This document shows positions 14,701 to 23,494 of a stretch of DNA of 42,123 bases, piece after piece. The translations under genes and the position numbers were made by a program. Position 1 is the first letter of the stretch, and each line of letters opens with the position of its first letter. A model generated the notes under the pieces. It was not told where the DNA came from. It saw only the letters and a list, made by a program, of their open reading frames with translations, and did no database searches. Source of the DNA: a virus; IMG/VR virus record IMGVR_UViG_3300030040_000052, positions 1 through 42,123 of that record; one strand, 5' to 3'.

Positions 14701-17700
14701 TTTGCAAAGTCCCGATACCAGCCGTCCTCACCGTTGCGCAGGTTTTCATAGAGCTGCATCATAACGTTGCTTCCCATGCGCTCAAAGGCATAATAGGGCT
14801 TTTCGTTGTTCCAGCTCAGTTTTTCCATTGTTTTCTTTAGCTTTCCCAGCGCCGGTGTCTTGTCCGGCTGTTTTTGGAACTCTGCCATTGCTTGCTTGGC
14901 TGTCTCTGCCCACCCCTGCTTTAAATTTTCGCCGTGGAGCTTGTTTGCATTTCGGATGGTATTCAGGATAGCCGTATAAGCATTGCGAACTGCCTGTAGC
15001 TGCTGGATGTTCAGTTTACCATAGAAACTATCTCCAATGGCTTCTTTGGCATCGGAAATAAACTCAAGAATTTTGTCATTATATTCCTGGGTAAACACCC
15101 CCTTATTGACTTCCGCCAAATCGGTGTATGCCTGTTGCAGCCGCTCCAGGGCATTCTGAACCGTGGCATTTCGCCGTTCCAGCACATTTTGCAGCTTTGC
15201 TTCCGTCTCCGCAATGGCCTGGGCGTTCTTCACCGGGTCTTTCCCCAGCCGTTCCAGCTGTGCGCCGTACCGGGCGATCACTCGGCTGGCGGTCTCCTGT
15301 GCGTCCTGCTGCTTGATTGTAGCAATGGACTGCATTGCCATGGTCACCGCAGGCTGCAAGCTATCCGGCACATACAGCGTCTTTGTGGGGTTCAGCAGCC
15401 GCCGGTTGAGGTCAGTAAGCACCCGCTCCAGCTTAAAACGCTCCTCTGTCTTTCTGGCACTTTCCACCTTGGCCTTTGCCGCTTCCTGCTGCGCCTGCAC
15501 TTTCTTTTCCAGCCTGTCAATATTCCGCCCACTGGTGTCATACTCCCGCAACAGCCGCTTAAATTCCCGTTGCCAGATTGCAGCATCTTCCTCGGTTTTG
15601 GAAAGTTCTTCTTTGATTTTTTCAAGGCCGTTATCCTGTTCCCCGTATTTCCGCAGCAGACGAATAATTTCTTTGCTCATTGCCGCAATCTTTTCGGTGT
15701 AGCTGTCTTCTAGCTTATTCATTTCACGCTGGTGTGCGGTAGCAATCTGCTCCCGTTCGGCTTCATAAACTGCCTTCATAGCCTTCGCTTCCGCATCGCG
15801 CTGATAGCGGTAGTCAGAAAGCGCTTGTTCCACGGCTTTCTTTCCGTCCCTCCGTGCCTGTGCGGCCTCCTGAAGCGCCGCATTGCGCTCCTTTTTCAGC
15901 TTTGCGATTTCCTCTTTCAGCTTGTCAGAAACGCTCTCAACCGGCTTTGCATCCCAGGCCATTGCAACGATTTTTTCAATCAGGTCTTTTCTTTCCGCAT
16001 TTTGATAATATGCCGCTTCCATGTCAGATGTGCTCCTGCTGTCCTTTAGCTTCTGCACCAGTTCCGCAAGTGCTCCAGGCATATTCATATCGGAAAGCCC
16101 AGAATCAAACTGGTCTGCAAACTGCGCCGCTGCCTCCTGCCAGAACTGGTCAAGGATGGTGTTGGCATTCTGGTCAATAATAATGCTCCCGCGAATTGCC
16201 TTCTGAAAATCCTTTACGCTTCCATAGCTGTATTCAATTTCACCAATCTGTCCCTCACTCAGCCGCACACGCCGCTTTGCCATCCAGTCCAGCACTTCCT
16301 GGGCGTATTCATCCCGCTGTTCCTTCCGGTGCTCCTCCAACCAGTCAGCGGCTTTCCCGGCTCGTTCCTCAATCCCATCCCAGGACACATCTGCATCCCT
16401 GGAAATGTAGTTGTAGGTGTCTTCCAGCAGTGCTGCCAGTTCAGTGGTTCTGCCATTGGCGTTCCCCTCGCGGATAAGCCGCGCCGCCAGCTGGTTTAGG
16501 CTGTTTCTATCAAGGGTATAGTCTTTGTTGCCCCGCTTCTGAATCTGGACCAGCTTTTTCAAGTATTGGATTTCCGTCTCCATCCGCTCCATTTGCTCCT
16601 CGGCACTAACCCGCCGGGAGAAGCGAATGTTATCCATTTGATTTATTAGTTGCTGCCGTTGGGCTTCGTTCCCCTCCTCATAGAGCTGGTAGGGGATGCC
16701 AAGTTTACTTAGCTCCTCTAGTAGCCTCTGGCTTGCAGTATCAGGGGCGATTACATTCTTAATTTCATCAAATCCAACCGCCCGGGCAGGTTTCGCTTCA
16801 AAAATGTTCACAGGCATTTGAGAGATGTCGGAAAGAAGCTGTGCAACTTCTTGTGCCGTTTGGGAGTTTACTTCCATGTTGTACTTTGCAAATATACGCT
16901 GTACATTTTCCGGCGTATATCCTCTGCTCTCTCCAATTTCAGAAACGATTTCACCAATGCTATCCATGCGAATAAGCTCGTTGTCTGACCATCTGGATTT
17001 TGCGTTTGCTTCATCAATGGTGCTCATTAGCTTGTACAAACGGTTGCCAAGGTCATCCTGAATATTGCTTATTTGCTCATCGGTCAGATTTTGCAGCCGC
17101 CCTTCCAACTTGTGCATATCCGCAATGCTTTTGAACCGTTCTGATGTGGCAGCACGCAAAGTTTTTACACCGAAAAAACCGGATACATTTTTGGTGTTCC
17201 TGCCATTTTCAGACCGCATAGCCTTTACAATGCCTTCTAGCGTTGCAGCAATGTGTGTCTCCTTAAAAGACCGCCGTCCTCCAGATGGAGTATACCGTTC
17301 TTTCCCATTGTACACACCCTTACTTTTTTCTACGCCGCTGAAAAGCTCTTTTACCCATTCTGCAAATGCGTCCTTGTCAATAGCGGAGTCAACATTCTTT
17401 TTCATAGTTTCGGCATCAACAGTGGTGTATGTTTCTGTCGTATTAGCCGTACCATTTAAATAGCTGCTTAGCCTTCTGAGCACACCACTCATGCGAACTG
17501 TGTTTTTTGTCATTCCGGGGTATGCCCTTTCAAGTTCAGCTCCATGCTCCTCAAGCAGCGTTTTCAGAGGAATATGTTCAAATACTTCCGGCTTTACATT
17601 TCCCAGAACATTCCACACGTTCAGCAGCTTATCTTCTGTCTCGTTGTTAATTGCATTTACAATTCTTTCTTCCTGCCTGGTTTCTTGCTCGATGTGCTTC

Positions 17701-20700
17701 CCTTGTTCCTCCAAGAAAGCAGCTTTCAGCGCATAATTGTTCAGTAGACTGTCAACAACGCCTTTTTCACCGCTCTCACGGTTTAGTCTGTCCTCAATAT
17801 CGTACCGCACCACGTCAAGGTCATGCTGGAAGTATTCGGCAACTTTCCCTTTTAGTTCACCCAGCCGGTTATACACTTTATCAGTTGCCTTTCTGTCTGC
17901 TTCATATTCAATTTTTGGAACCACAGGTGTCCACGCATCAGCAGAATATACCGCATTATAACGGCTCACTTTCGGGTCAATGGTTTCTTTGCCGAATACA
18001 ACAGTAATGTCTCCGAAATTGGTGTGAGGAATCCCCGCCTTGGTGATTGCAATACTCGGCATCGGAAAGCCGCCTAATTTCAGTGTTTTCAGGAACTTTT
18101 CTTCCGTCAAGTTATGAAGCGCAACAAGGGTTTTCTCCTTTTGACCGTTGCGGGAAGATTTTAAAGTGCCCTCCGGGGCGTTATTTTTTCGCCCATCCTG
18201 CAACTGGTAGTTCACCACCGCATCACTGGCGGCATCGGCAAAGGCGTTCAGCGCTTCTTCACTGCTTCGGATGGTGTCTCTTGCCAGCTGGGCAATGCTG
18301 CTGTCCGGGTTCAGCCCCCGGTAGGCTTCCTTCAGCCGTTCCACCAGCCCTTGCAGGAATTTCTTAATCTTCTCCCAAAGGCTCATGTCAGTCTGCTGCA
18401 ACCGTGCAGAAATCCGTTCCATTACGTCCGTGTCCGTCAGCGCCGTTTCCATCATCTCCGCCACAACCTCGCTGTATGCCAGGTCATTCAGTTCCTCGGC
18501 ACTCAGCTCCTTGTAGCCCTGCCGTTTCAGCGCTGCCGCCTTGGCGGCAATCAGCTCATTGACATTCACATCGGTTCCCACGGCTTCAAACAGGATTTCC
18601 GTAAACCGGTGGAATTTTTCAGGACTGAACTCCTCCACAAAATGGGTAAACTCATGGCTCAGGGCAAAGGCCATCACACCCTGACCGTCTGCACCGGCAT
18701 TCAGGTCAACCCAAATGCTTCCGTCCTCCAGGTAAATGCTGCCGTTTTCCATTCCGGCATTCCGTTCTTTTTCGGTGCTGGCATAAACGGTAATGTTCAC
18801 TCCCATTTCCGAAAGCAGCCGTGCCGCATCCATGCCGCTCTTTTGCTGCTCATTCAGCGATTCAATATTTTTGGCGCTGTCCTTCACCGTCAGGCTGCCT
18901 TTCTGTGCCGCGTGCTCTCCCCGGTCAATTGTCTGCTGCTTCTGCCGGTTTTTTGCCCTCTCGCTGTCTCTGCCAGCCTCCCAGGCAGTTTGCCGGGTAG
19001 CTTCATCCAGCCGCATTGCGTTGCTGTCCCGTCCTATGGCGTTCATGGCAACGCCGTTTCTGCCCGCGTTGTAGGCATCCAGTACTGCCACCGCGAAATT
19101 GGAATTGCTCAGTTGACTGTTTTTGGATGCTTCCAGAATGGTGTTTCCGGTCTGGGCATCAACCCCGATGGTTTCAATGGCCTTAAAAAGCCGCGCTGTC
19201 CCATAGCTGCCGAATTTCACATCCTTGGCGTTTACCTGTTTGCCCTCGTCCGTCAGCAGCACCATACCGCCGCCACCGGCGGAAGCAATTTCCGAGATGT
19301 TTACCGGGCTGCTGTCGCTGATAAGATAGCTCTGCCCTTCGGCTTCTTCGTCATAGTCAAAGCTGCTCCCATCCACGGATTGTTTACCCAGATTATACGC
19401 CAAATCCACCTGTCCAACAGTAAGAGAGCTAATCCCTTCAATGTCAGCAATGTCGATTCCTTCCTGCCCGGCCTTATAGGCTTTTGCCATCTCCTCCACA
19501 TATCTGCCTCGGCTCTGCCCTGGGTAATACATCTGCTCGATTGCAAAAGCGTGTTCCTTCCCAAAGATGCTTTCCGCCGCTTCACTCAGCTGGTCATGAA
19601 CCGCCGCTTTGGCGCTCTTTTCCGTTTCCGTCTCCCGCGTGCCGAAAATTTCCGGTGCCAGGGTATAGGTTCCGATATTGCGCACCCAGTTGCTTCCGCC
19701 GCTCTTCGAGCCAGCACGGCTGATGTCGTTCAGCAGCGTGTCTGTAATCTCCTGGTTTTGCGCCATAGCATACCGTTCCGACATGGTGAGTTTTTCACCC
19801 GTCAACTTTTTCACAATGCCGCTGGCAATCAGCCCCGGATTTTTCTCTGCACCCAGCTGCTCTGCTTGTGCTGCAATCGCTTCTGTTACATTGGAGACAT
19901 CCTGCTTTGTCAGCGCCGCAATGTTTTCCTGATAGATGTTGGTTAGCTTGGCGTAGTCGCTGCCCCGCTTGCCTAAATTCCCTTTTTCTGCTTTTGACTG
20001 TAATTTTGGAACGTCCTTATTTTTGGAGCCCAGCTCCACCGCATTTTTCAGAATTTCGTCATAGCTGCCGCTGTCCACCATATCTTTGCCGATTTTTCTT
20101 GCATCACTGGTGGTAGCATTCACAATGCCGCCAGTGCCGCCCATCAAGCCGCCGGAAACAGCGCCGCCGTAGAACGACCAGAACGTGTCAATGGCCTGGT
20201 TAATAAATGCCTGTTTTTGGGCTTCCTCCCGGCTCATCCCCCCCTGCTCAACAAGCGCCTGGATGTTGTTCCGATAGTCGCTGTTCTTTCCTTCCAGCAG
20301 GGCATCCGTAATCAGGTTTGCAATGTCCGAGGCCACTTCTTCGCTGCCTTCGTTCAGCGCCTGGATAAGCGTTTTCTTTGCCCAGTCGCGGAAACCGGTT
20401 ACGTTGCCCTCCAAAAACTGGCTTGTGAAGTATTCAATGGAATATTTCTCCGTGGCCGCTTCAATCAGGCCGGAGGCAATTGCGCCCAAGCCAATCTGTG
20501 TGCCGGAAGCGCCTTTTTCGTATAGCTCCTGCGCCCGCTGGCTTGCCGCAGAACTACCCATAATCCAGGTGTACCCATTTCCAAACAGCGTAGCACCCAA
20601 TGCGCTGTCAGCGCCGGACATAACCGCCTGATAGGTGTTTGCCGCCACCGCGCCCCAGAATGGAGAATCAATACTGTCCACAATCTCCTGCGCCGTAATG

Positions 20701-22358
20701 CCGCGCACGGTGTTTGCATAATCAGAAAGTTCATGCCCGGCGGAGTAGGGATTGAATTTTCCGGTAATGGCGCTGCCCACATCCGCCACAGCGGAGGAAA
20801 CGCCGCCAAAAATATTGGCAGGGACAGTAGCCGCATTCATAACCGCCTTGCCAATCGCACCGGATGTGCCGTAGGTAATCTCTGTGTTGTAATTTTTGAA
20901 ATCGCTGATTCTCTTGTCAAGGGTCACTTCCAAATCGCTCAGATATTGTTTGGCTTCGCCCAGTCCGTAACGATTCAGAAGGAAATAGTACATTTTCAGC
21001 TCGTTGTCGGCAAGCCAGTTGTACCGGCTGATTGAAGTACCGCTCAAAGCAGCCTGTGCGTCATATTCGGTTTTATTCGCAAGGTATCGGCTGACCGGGT
21101 CATTCCGCTCAACCAGCCCTTTTTCCATGCCTGCCTCAGCATCTTCCTGAAAACCGTCCATATACCGGTATGTTTCATACCGCTGTACCTTGTCTTCCTG
21201 CGCTGCAATCAGCCCGTTGCGTTCGCTGGCATCGGCATCATTTTTAAGATTGTAATAAGCTGCTTTTGCCGCATCATAGTTTTTCTTGGCGCGGTTATAT
21301 GCCGCCGAATATTGCGTAATATCTTCTCCGGTAGAATTTGCCATATTGTTTTGCGCATCTTCAAGCTGCTGCTGCGCCTGGGTAAACGCAAGATAGGCTT
21401 CTTCAATCTTCTGCTGTTTTTCTTCCTCCGCCGCGTTTTGTTCTTCTCCTGTGCTGTCAGCCTTTGTTGCCTCTTTTTTCGTCTGCTTCGCGGCATCGTC
21501 CAGCTGCTTTTTCGCTGCCTCAAGGTTTTTCTCGGCTTCCAGATACCGCGCCTCTACGCCGTCAAAGTCACCGTCTGGCACATTGTAGTAGTCGTTTTCC
21601 GCAGCCTTAAAGGCATCTTCCGCAGCAGCATATGAAGCTTTCGCCCGTGCAAGCGGGCTGCTGTAGTCAGTGGCACTGATTTCCGGTACACCACCCGGCA
21701 GCTGTGAACCAAGTGCCTGATACTGTTCAGTGAAGCGTTCCCACCGGGCTTTTGCGTCCGCATAGTCGCGGCTGTCCGGCTGATAGCGTTTCTGGGCATC
21801 CTCCCAGTATTTCCGCTCTTTTTCGCTCTGTTGCAGCAGTTTTGCCGCGTCAGTACGCAGTTTGATGGTTTCTGAACTTTCCTTTGTGCCGGTCACATCC
21901 TGGTTGGCATATTTCTTCGGCTCAAGCAGCGGACGTTTCGGCTTTTCTGCCTGTGAGCCTTTCAGAAGTGTGTCGATTTTGGAAATCCGTGTGCTGTTTT
22001 GCTGCCAAAGCGGGTCTTTGGAAGATAGCCATTTGTTTTCATTTTCCAGCTGGCTTTTCTCGTCTTGAAGAAGCAAAGCATCCTTATAGCTTTTCAGCTG
22101 CCCCAGGTAGTCGTTAATCCGCTGGTTCACCTGGGGTGTGCTTCCGGCTGAAAACTGTGTAGCGGTAGAAGGGCGGCTTCTTGCACGCAGCTGCTCTGCG
22201 TAGGCATCGTCCATGGATTTCAGTTTGGAAACAGCCGCCCGATCCAGTGTATTTGCAACAAACTGTTTTGCTTGGTTATATCGTTCTGAACCGCCGCTTG
22301 TCGTTGGCTTCGCCAATTGCTGTGCAACAAATTCTTCTGCGTTTTTCTTCCTGGACAT
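11772..22358 (-). CDS. Giant 3,528-aa internal-virion / ejection 'polyvalent'-type protein
   Basis: Uninterrupted ORF; ATG 22358 7 nt after GTGAGGG (track start 22364 is TTG); position between nozzle-like and fibre genes; Gly-rich hydrophobic block, HEFTH site, coiled coils, C-terminal repeats. Confidence 0.9.
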   Translation of the reverse strand: MSRKKNAEEFVAQQLAKPTTSGGSERYNQAKQFVANTLDRAAVSKLKSMDDAYAEQLRARSRPSTATQFSAGSTPQVNQRINDYLGQLKSYKDALLLQDEKSQLENENKWLSSKDPLWQQNSTRISKIDTLLKGSQAEKPKRPLLEPKKYANQDVTGTKESSETIKLRTDAAKLLQQSEKERKYWEDAQKRYQPDSRDYADAKARWERFTEQYQALGSQLPGGVPEISATDYSSPLARAKASYAAAEDAFKAAENDYYNVPDGDFDGVEARYLEAEKNLEAAKKQLDDAAKQTKKEATKADSTGEEQNAAEEEKQQKIEEAYLAFTQAQQQLEDAQNNMANSTGEDITQYSAAYNRAKKNYDAAKAAYYNLKNDADASERNGLIAAQEDKVQRYETYRYMDGFQEDAEAGMEKGLVERNDPVSRYLANKTEYDAQAALSGTSISRYNWLADNELKMYYFLLNRYGLGEAKQYLSDLEVTLDKRISDFKNYNTEITYGTSGAIGKAVMNAATVPANIFGGVSSAVADVGSAITGKFNPYSAGHELSDYANTVRGITAQEIVDSIDSPFWGAVAANTYQAVMSGADSALGATLFGNGYTWIMGSSAASQRAQELYEKGASGTQIGLGAIASGLIEAATEKYSIEYFTSQFLEGNVTGFRDWAKKTLIQALNEGSEEVASDIANLITDALLEGKNSDYRNNIQALVEQGGMSREEAQKQAFINQAIDTFWSFYGGAVSGGLMGGTGGIVNATTSDARKIGKDMVDSGSYDEILKNAVELGSKNKDVPKLQSKAEKGNLGKRGSDYAKLTNIYQENIAALTKQDVSNVTEAIAAQAEQLGAEKNPGLIASGIVKKLTGEKLTMSERYAMAQNQEITDTLLNDISRAGSKSGGSNWVRNIGTYTLAPEIFGTRETETEKSAKAAVHDQLSEAAESIFGKEHAFAIEQMYYPGQSRGRYVEEMAKAYKAGQEGIDIADIEGISSLTVGQVDLAYNLGKQSVDGSSFDYDEEAEGQSYLISDSSPVNISEIASAGGGGMVLLTDEGKQVNAKDVKFGSYGTARLFKAIETIGVDAQTGNTILEASKNSQLSNSNFAVAVLDAYNAGRNGVAMNAIGRDSNAMRLDEATRQTAWEAGRDSERAKNRQKQQTIDRGEHAAQKGSLTVKDSAKNIESLNEQQKSGMDAARLLSEMGVNITVYASTEKERNAGMENGSIYLEDGSIWVDLNAGADGQGVMAFALSHEFTHFVEEFSPEKFHRFTEILFEAVGTDVNVNELIAAKAAALKRQGYKELSAEELNDLAYSEVVAEMMETALTDTDVMERISARLQQTDMSLWEKIKKFLQGLVERLKEAYRGLNPDSSIAQLARDTIRSSEEALNAFADAASDAVVNYQLQDGRKNNAPEGTLKSSRNGQKEKTLVALHNLTEEKFLKTLKLGGFPMPSIAITKAGIPHTNFGDITVVFGKETIDPKVSRYNAVYSADAWTPVVPKIEYEADRKATDKVYNRLGELKGKVAEYFQHDLDVVRYDIEDRLNRESGEKGVVDSLLNNYALKAAFLEEQGKHIEQETRQEERIVNAINNETEDKLLNVWNVLGNVKPEVFEHIPLKTLLEEHGAELERAYPGMTKNTVRMSGVLRRLSSYLNGTANTTETYTTVDAETMKKNVDSAIDKDAFAEWVKELFSGVEKSKGVYNGKERYTPSGGRRSFKETHIAATLEGIVKAMRSENGRNTKNVSGFFGVKTLRAATSERFKSIADMHKLEGRLQNLTDEQISNIQDDLGNRLYKLMSTIDEANAKSRWSDNELIRMDSIGEIVSEIGESRGYTPENVQRIFAKYNMEVNSQTAQEVAQLLSDISQMPVNIFEAKPARAVGFDEIKNVIAPDTASQRLLEELSKLGIPYQLYEEGNEAQRQQLINQMDNIRFSRRVSAEEQMERMETEIQYLKKLVQIQKRGNKDYTLDRNSLNQLAARLIREGNANGRTTELAALLEDTYNYISRDADVSWDGIEERAGKAADWLEEHRKEQRDEYAQEVLDWMAKRRVRLSEGQIGEIEYSYGSVKDFQKAIRGSIIIDQNANTILDQFWQEAAAQFADQFDSGLSDMNMPGALAELVQKLKDSRSTSDMEAAYYQNAERKDLIEKIVAMAWDAKPVESVSDKLKEEIAKLKKERNAALQEAAQARRDGKKAVEQALSDYRYQRDAEAKAMKAVYEAEREQIATAHQREMNKLEDSYTEKIAAMSKEIIRLLRKYGEQDNGLEKIKEELSKTEEDAAIWQREFKRLLREYDTSGRNIDRLEKKVQAQQEAAKAKVESARKTEERFKLERVLTDLNRRLLNPTKTLYVPDSLQPAVTMAMQSIATIKQQDAQETASRVIARYGAQLERLGKDPVKNAQAIAETEAKLQNVLERRNATVQNALERLQQAYTDLAEVNKGVFTQEYNDKILEFISDAKEAIGDSFYGKLNIQQLQAVRNAYTAILNTIRNANKLHGENLKQGWAETAKQAMAEFQKQPDKTPALGKLKKTMEKLSWNNEKPYYAFERMGSNVMMQLYENLRNGEDGWYRDFAKARAIMLGCMDKYHFDQWENNLVEVEMADGEKVALDLQERMNLYAASKREQYLKHLTKGGFILTGSKRNGKDYTDYSSHVLALETVIQIRNGQVLGLTAEQIAFANEMQEYLSTVCAEQNNEVSRALYGVSKAKEKDYWPIKSSAIRSERVRDSQESPGNRQKNAGHMKPTDKNASNAVELRGFMETWANHVNDTAMYHNFALPMEDFYRVYNYNTSGDGIRQQMLRKHGEASVDYVDTFLKDVNGGVRADNRETVYNMFLSGFKKAAVSASLSVAIQQPSAVGRAFSIIDAKYFVGSKVDSAGGISATWEEMKKYAPVVGLKEIGRFDTDMGRSTQELLSGENGKSFMAAVDKFGGWMPEQMDKITWVAMWEAAKRQTKAEHPGLNGEALKTEAGKLFTRCITQTQVYDSVFSRSGNMRSKSVYMKMLTSFMAEPTTTINMMGSAVQDIRGKNFKTAGKKISSVAAALILNSLLASLVYAARDDDEEKTYLEKYLSSLASELVDGVNPITYYPGFKDVWSIVQGYDVERNDMSLVSDMYNATQKATDSWKKFLETDPEDEEAKKENLGKFGIASLDAAAGLLNMGGIPLKNVLRELRGVKNTYETVSTPRASDSYTRGKAIWDGIQENIPAIFRGSNGKTERLYHAIVNGSQAEQERLKTTYSTEQKFESAIVTALADQDSRIRQAAKEKAAGNAKEAERILAEIEAEGNFNRKQIQSAFEKQLKKVPGGSKESVKEQYLNGEIDRTAAIKQLNGVLGMRKKDAEEQVTQWNSVRDTGIEYDEIRDSYLNNSLTESKAAQMLVRYGGKSEDAAKKTVREWGCKKDLDVNYSEVKEAFIDGEITEQQLKNALVRYGGKDAEEAEETVNAYRWQKQHPDSDLSSEQVLAYTKELDELGKSIEETGIQPNVFADYRSRRTECTGVDADGDGKTDSGSKKKEILSLINSLPISDSQKDALYYDNGYAASGLKKAPWHKR
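11907..11939 (-). other. DxDxDG calcium-binding-like motif GVDADGDGKTD near giant ORF C-terminus
   Basis: Hand translation of comp(11907-11939). Confidence 0.5.
12075..12497 (-). repeat. Three tandem ~46-aa protein repeats in giant ORF
   Basis: VKEQYLNGEIDRTAAIKQLNGVLGMRKKDAEEQVTQW / IRDSYLNNSLTESKAAQMLVRYGGKSEDAAKKTVREW / VKEAFIDGEITEQQLKNALVRYGGKDAEEAEETVNAYRW. Confidence 0.7.
18642..18656 (-). other. Zincin-type HExxH (HEFTH) codons in giant ORF
   Basis: comp(18642-18656) = CAT GAG TTT ACC CAT, context AFALSHEFTHFVEEF. Confidence 0.6.
20085..20867 (-). other. Gly/Ala/Ser-rich hydrophobic block of giant ORF (about aa 500-760)
   Basis: e.g. VPANIFGGVSSAVADVGSAITG, GAIASGLIEAA, FYGGAVSGGLMGGTGGIV. 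Confidence 0.55.
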
Positions 22359-22368
22359 ATCCAAACCC

Positions 22369-23349
22369 TCACTTCAATTTTTTAAAGTAATCTTCCAAAA
22401 TCTGCGCCTGTTTCACCGCGGTATGTGCTCTGCCGGAGGAAATGCCGTTCTTTTTCAGCGCATCGTAAACCTCAGAAGGTGTATAGCCAGCTTTCATCGT
22501 TTCTTTTGCTGTCTCAACCACGGAACCGGTTTTCACCAGTTCCACATTTTTCTGCTCCTTCGGCTGGCTCACGGTTCCTCCGCCGCCGGAATAGCCGCCG
22601 GTCTGTGGTTTTGTCCGCGCAAGAATCTCATTGATATACTGGCTGTTATACCCGGCAGTCTTTAGCAGCTCCTCGTTGGGGGTTACTCCGATGCTCAGCA
22701 GGTAATCCACCTGCCCCTGTGCAAGCTTCTGCTCGTTTTGGCTGACAGTGTATTGATAGTTCCGCTCGTTGGCAAACTGGTTATAATCCCTGTCATCCTG
22801 GTTGCCAATCAGGTTATATTGGTTGTACAAGTCCTGCCCTTCCTGGGAATACTGGTCATAAGCCGCCTGGTATAGCTCTGGGATTTTCGCGGTCAACTGC
22901 TGCAAATATCCCTCATACGCTTGCTGACCCGCATTTTGAGCGTAGCTGTTGCCATAGCCGCCGGTCATGGTTGCCGCCTGCCCCATGGTGTCCTGCATTG
23001 CCATTCGCCCCTGACGCACATATTGGTCTTTGTACATCTGGTAAAGCGCATCCGCATTCACGTCATACTGAAATGGCTGCCGGTTGGTGATTTTGTCCAG
23101 AAGTCCATTCAGCTTTTCCGTCCACTTGGACTGGTAAGAGCCGCCGGTGCTTTCAAGTCCCTGCTGCAAAAGCTGCTGGGCATTTGCAACATTGGCGTTT
23201 GCCTGTTGGCTTTGGGGCTGCTGAACATACTGCGTTCCCTGGTTCTGCTGCACCGGCTGGCTTTGCTGGTTCTGCTGTACCGGCTGCTGGTTTTGCACAG
23301 GCTGTTCCAGCATCTTTTTCTTGTCGTCAACGGTTTTAAACGTTCCCAT
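22369..23349 (-). CDS. Gln-rich internal virion protein (326 aa)
   Basis: ATG 23349 after GAAGGGAGA; QPVQNQQPVQQNQQSQPVQQNQGTQYVQQPQSQQ N-terminus. Confidence 0.75.
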   Translation of the reverse strand: MGTFKTVDDKKKMLEQPVQNQQPVQQNQQSQPVQQNQGTQYVQQPQSQQANANVANAQQLLQQGLESTGGSYQSKWTEKLNGLLDKITNRQPFQYDVNADALYQMYKDQYVRQGRMAMQDTMGQAATMTGGYGNSYAQNAGQQAYEGYLQQLTAKIPELYQAAYDQYSQEGQDLYNQYNLIGNQDDRDYNQFANERNYQYTVSQNEQKLAQGQVDYLLSIGVTPNEELLKTAGYNSQYINEILARTKPQTGGYSGGGGTVSQPKEQKNVELVKTGSVVETAKETMKAGYTPSEVYDALKKNGISSGRAHTAVKQAQILEDYFKKLK

Positions 23350-23494
23350 TGTTATCTCCCTTCTGCTGGTTCTGCCCCTTTTCAAGCTGTTCAAGCGCAT
23401 AATTCAAATCCTGCACCAGCGCGTAAAGGTATTTCGTCAGCTGCTCCACCTGCTGTTGTGTGCTTCCCTGCACATTCGGGAATCTGAGCTTCAT
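23336..23494 (-). CDS. 52-aa small virion-module protein
   Basis: Below track cutoff; ATG 23494 overlaps upstream TGA (TGATG); MKLRFPNVQGSTQQQVEQLTKYLYALVQDLNYALEQLEKGQNQQKGDNNGNV. Confidence 0.5.
   Translation of the reverse strand: MKLRFPNVQGSTQQQVEQLTKYLYALVQDLNYALEQLEKGQNQQKGDNNGNV

Noticed and set aside
11781-22117. Many long plus-strand ORFs inside the giant gene (e.g. 11781-12935, 14016-14840, 15135-15713, 18351-19946)
   Set aside because: They are antisense shadows of a GC3-rich minus-strand ORF. Their translations are low-complexity (Leu/Phe/Cys/Arg-rich) and they have no RBSs. The minus-strand frame is uninterrupted and protein-like.
11772-22358. Giant ORF as an N4-like virion RNA polymerase
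   Set aside because: Only the size and the N4-like capsid protein suggest it. I find no T7-like motif A/B/C and no DxDGD two-barrel signature (the DADGDG is at the extreme C-terminus in a Ca-loop context). The early genes also have host sigma-A-type promoters. I keep it as something to test, not as a call.
11772-22358. Giant ORF as a tape-measure protein
   Set aside because: No tail tube, tail terminator or frameshifted chaperone genes lie upstream. The flanking genes fit a short-tailed layout.
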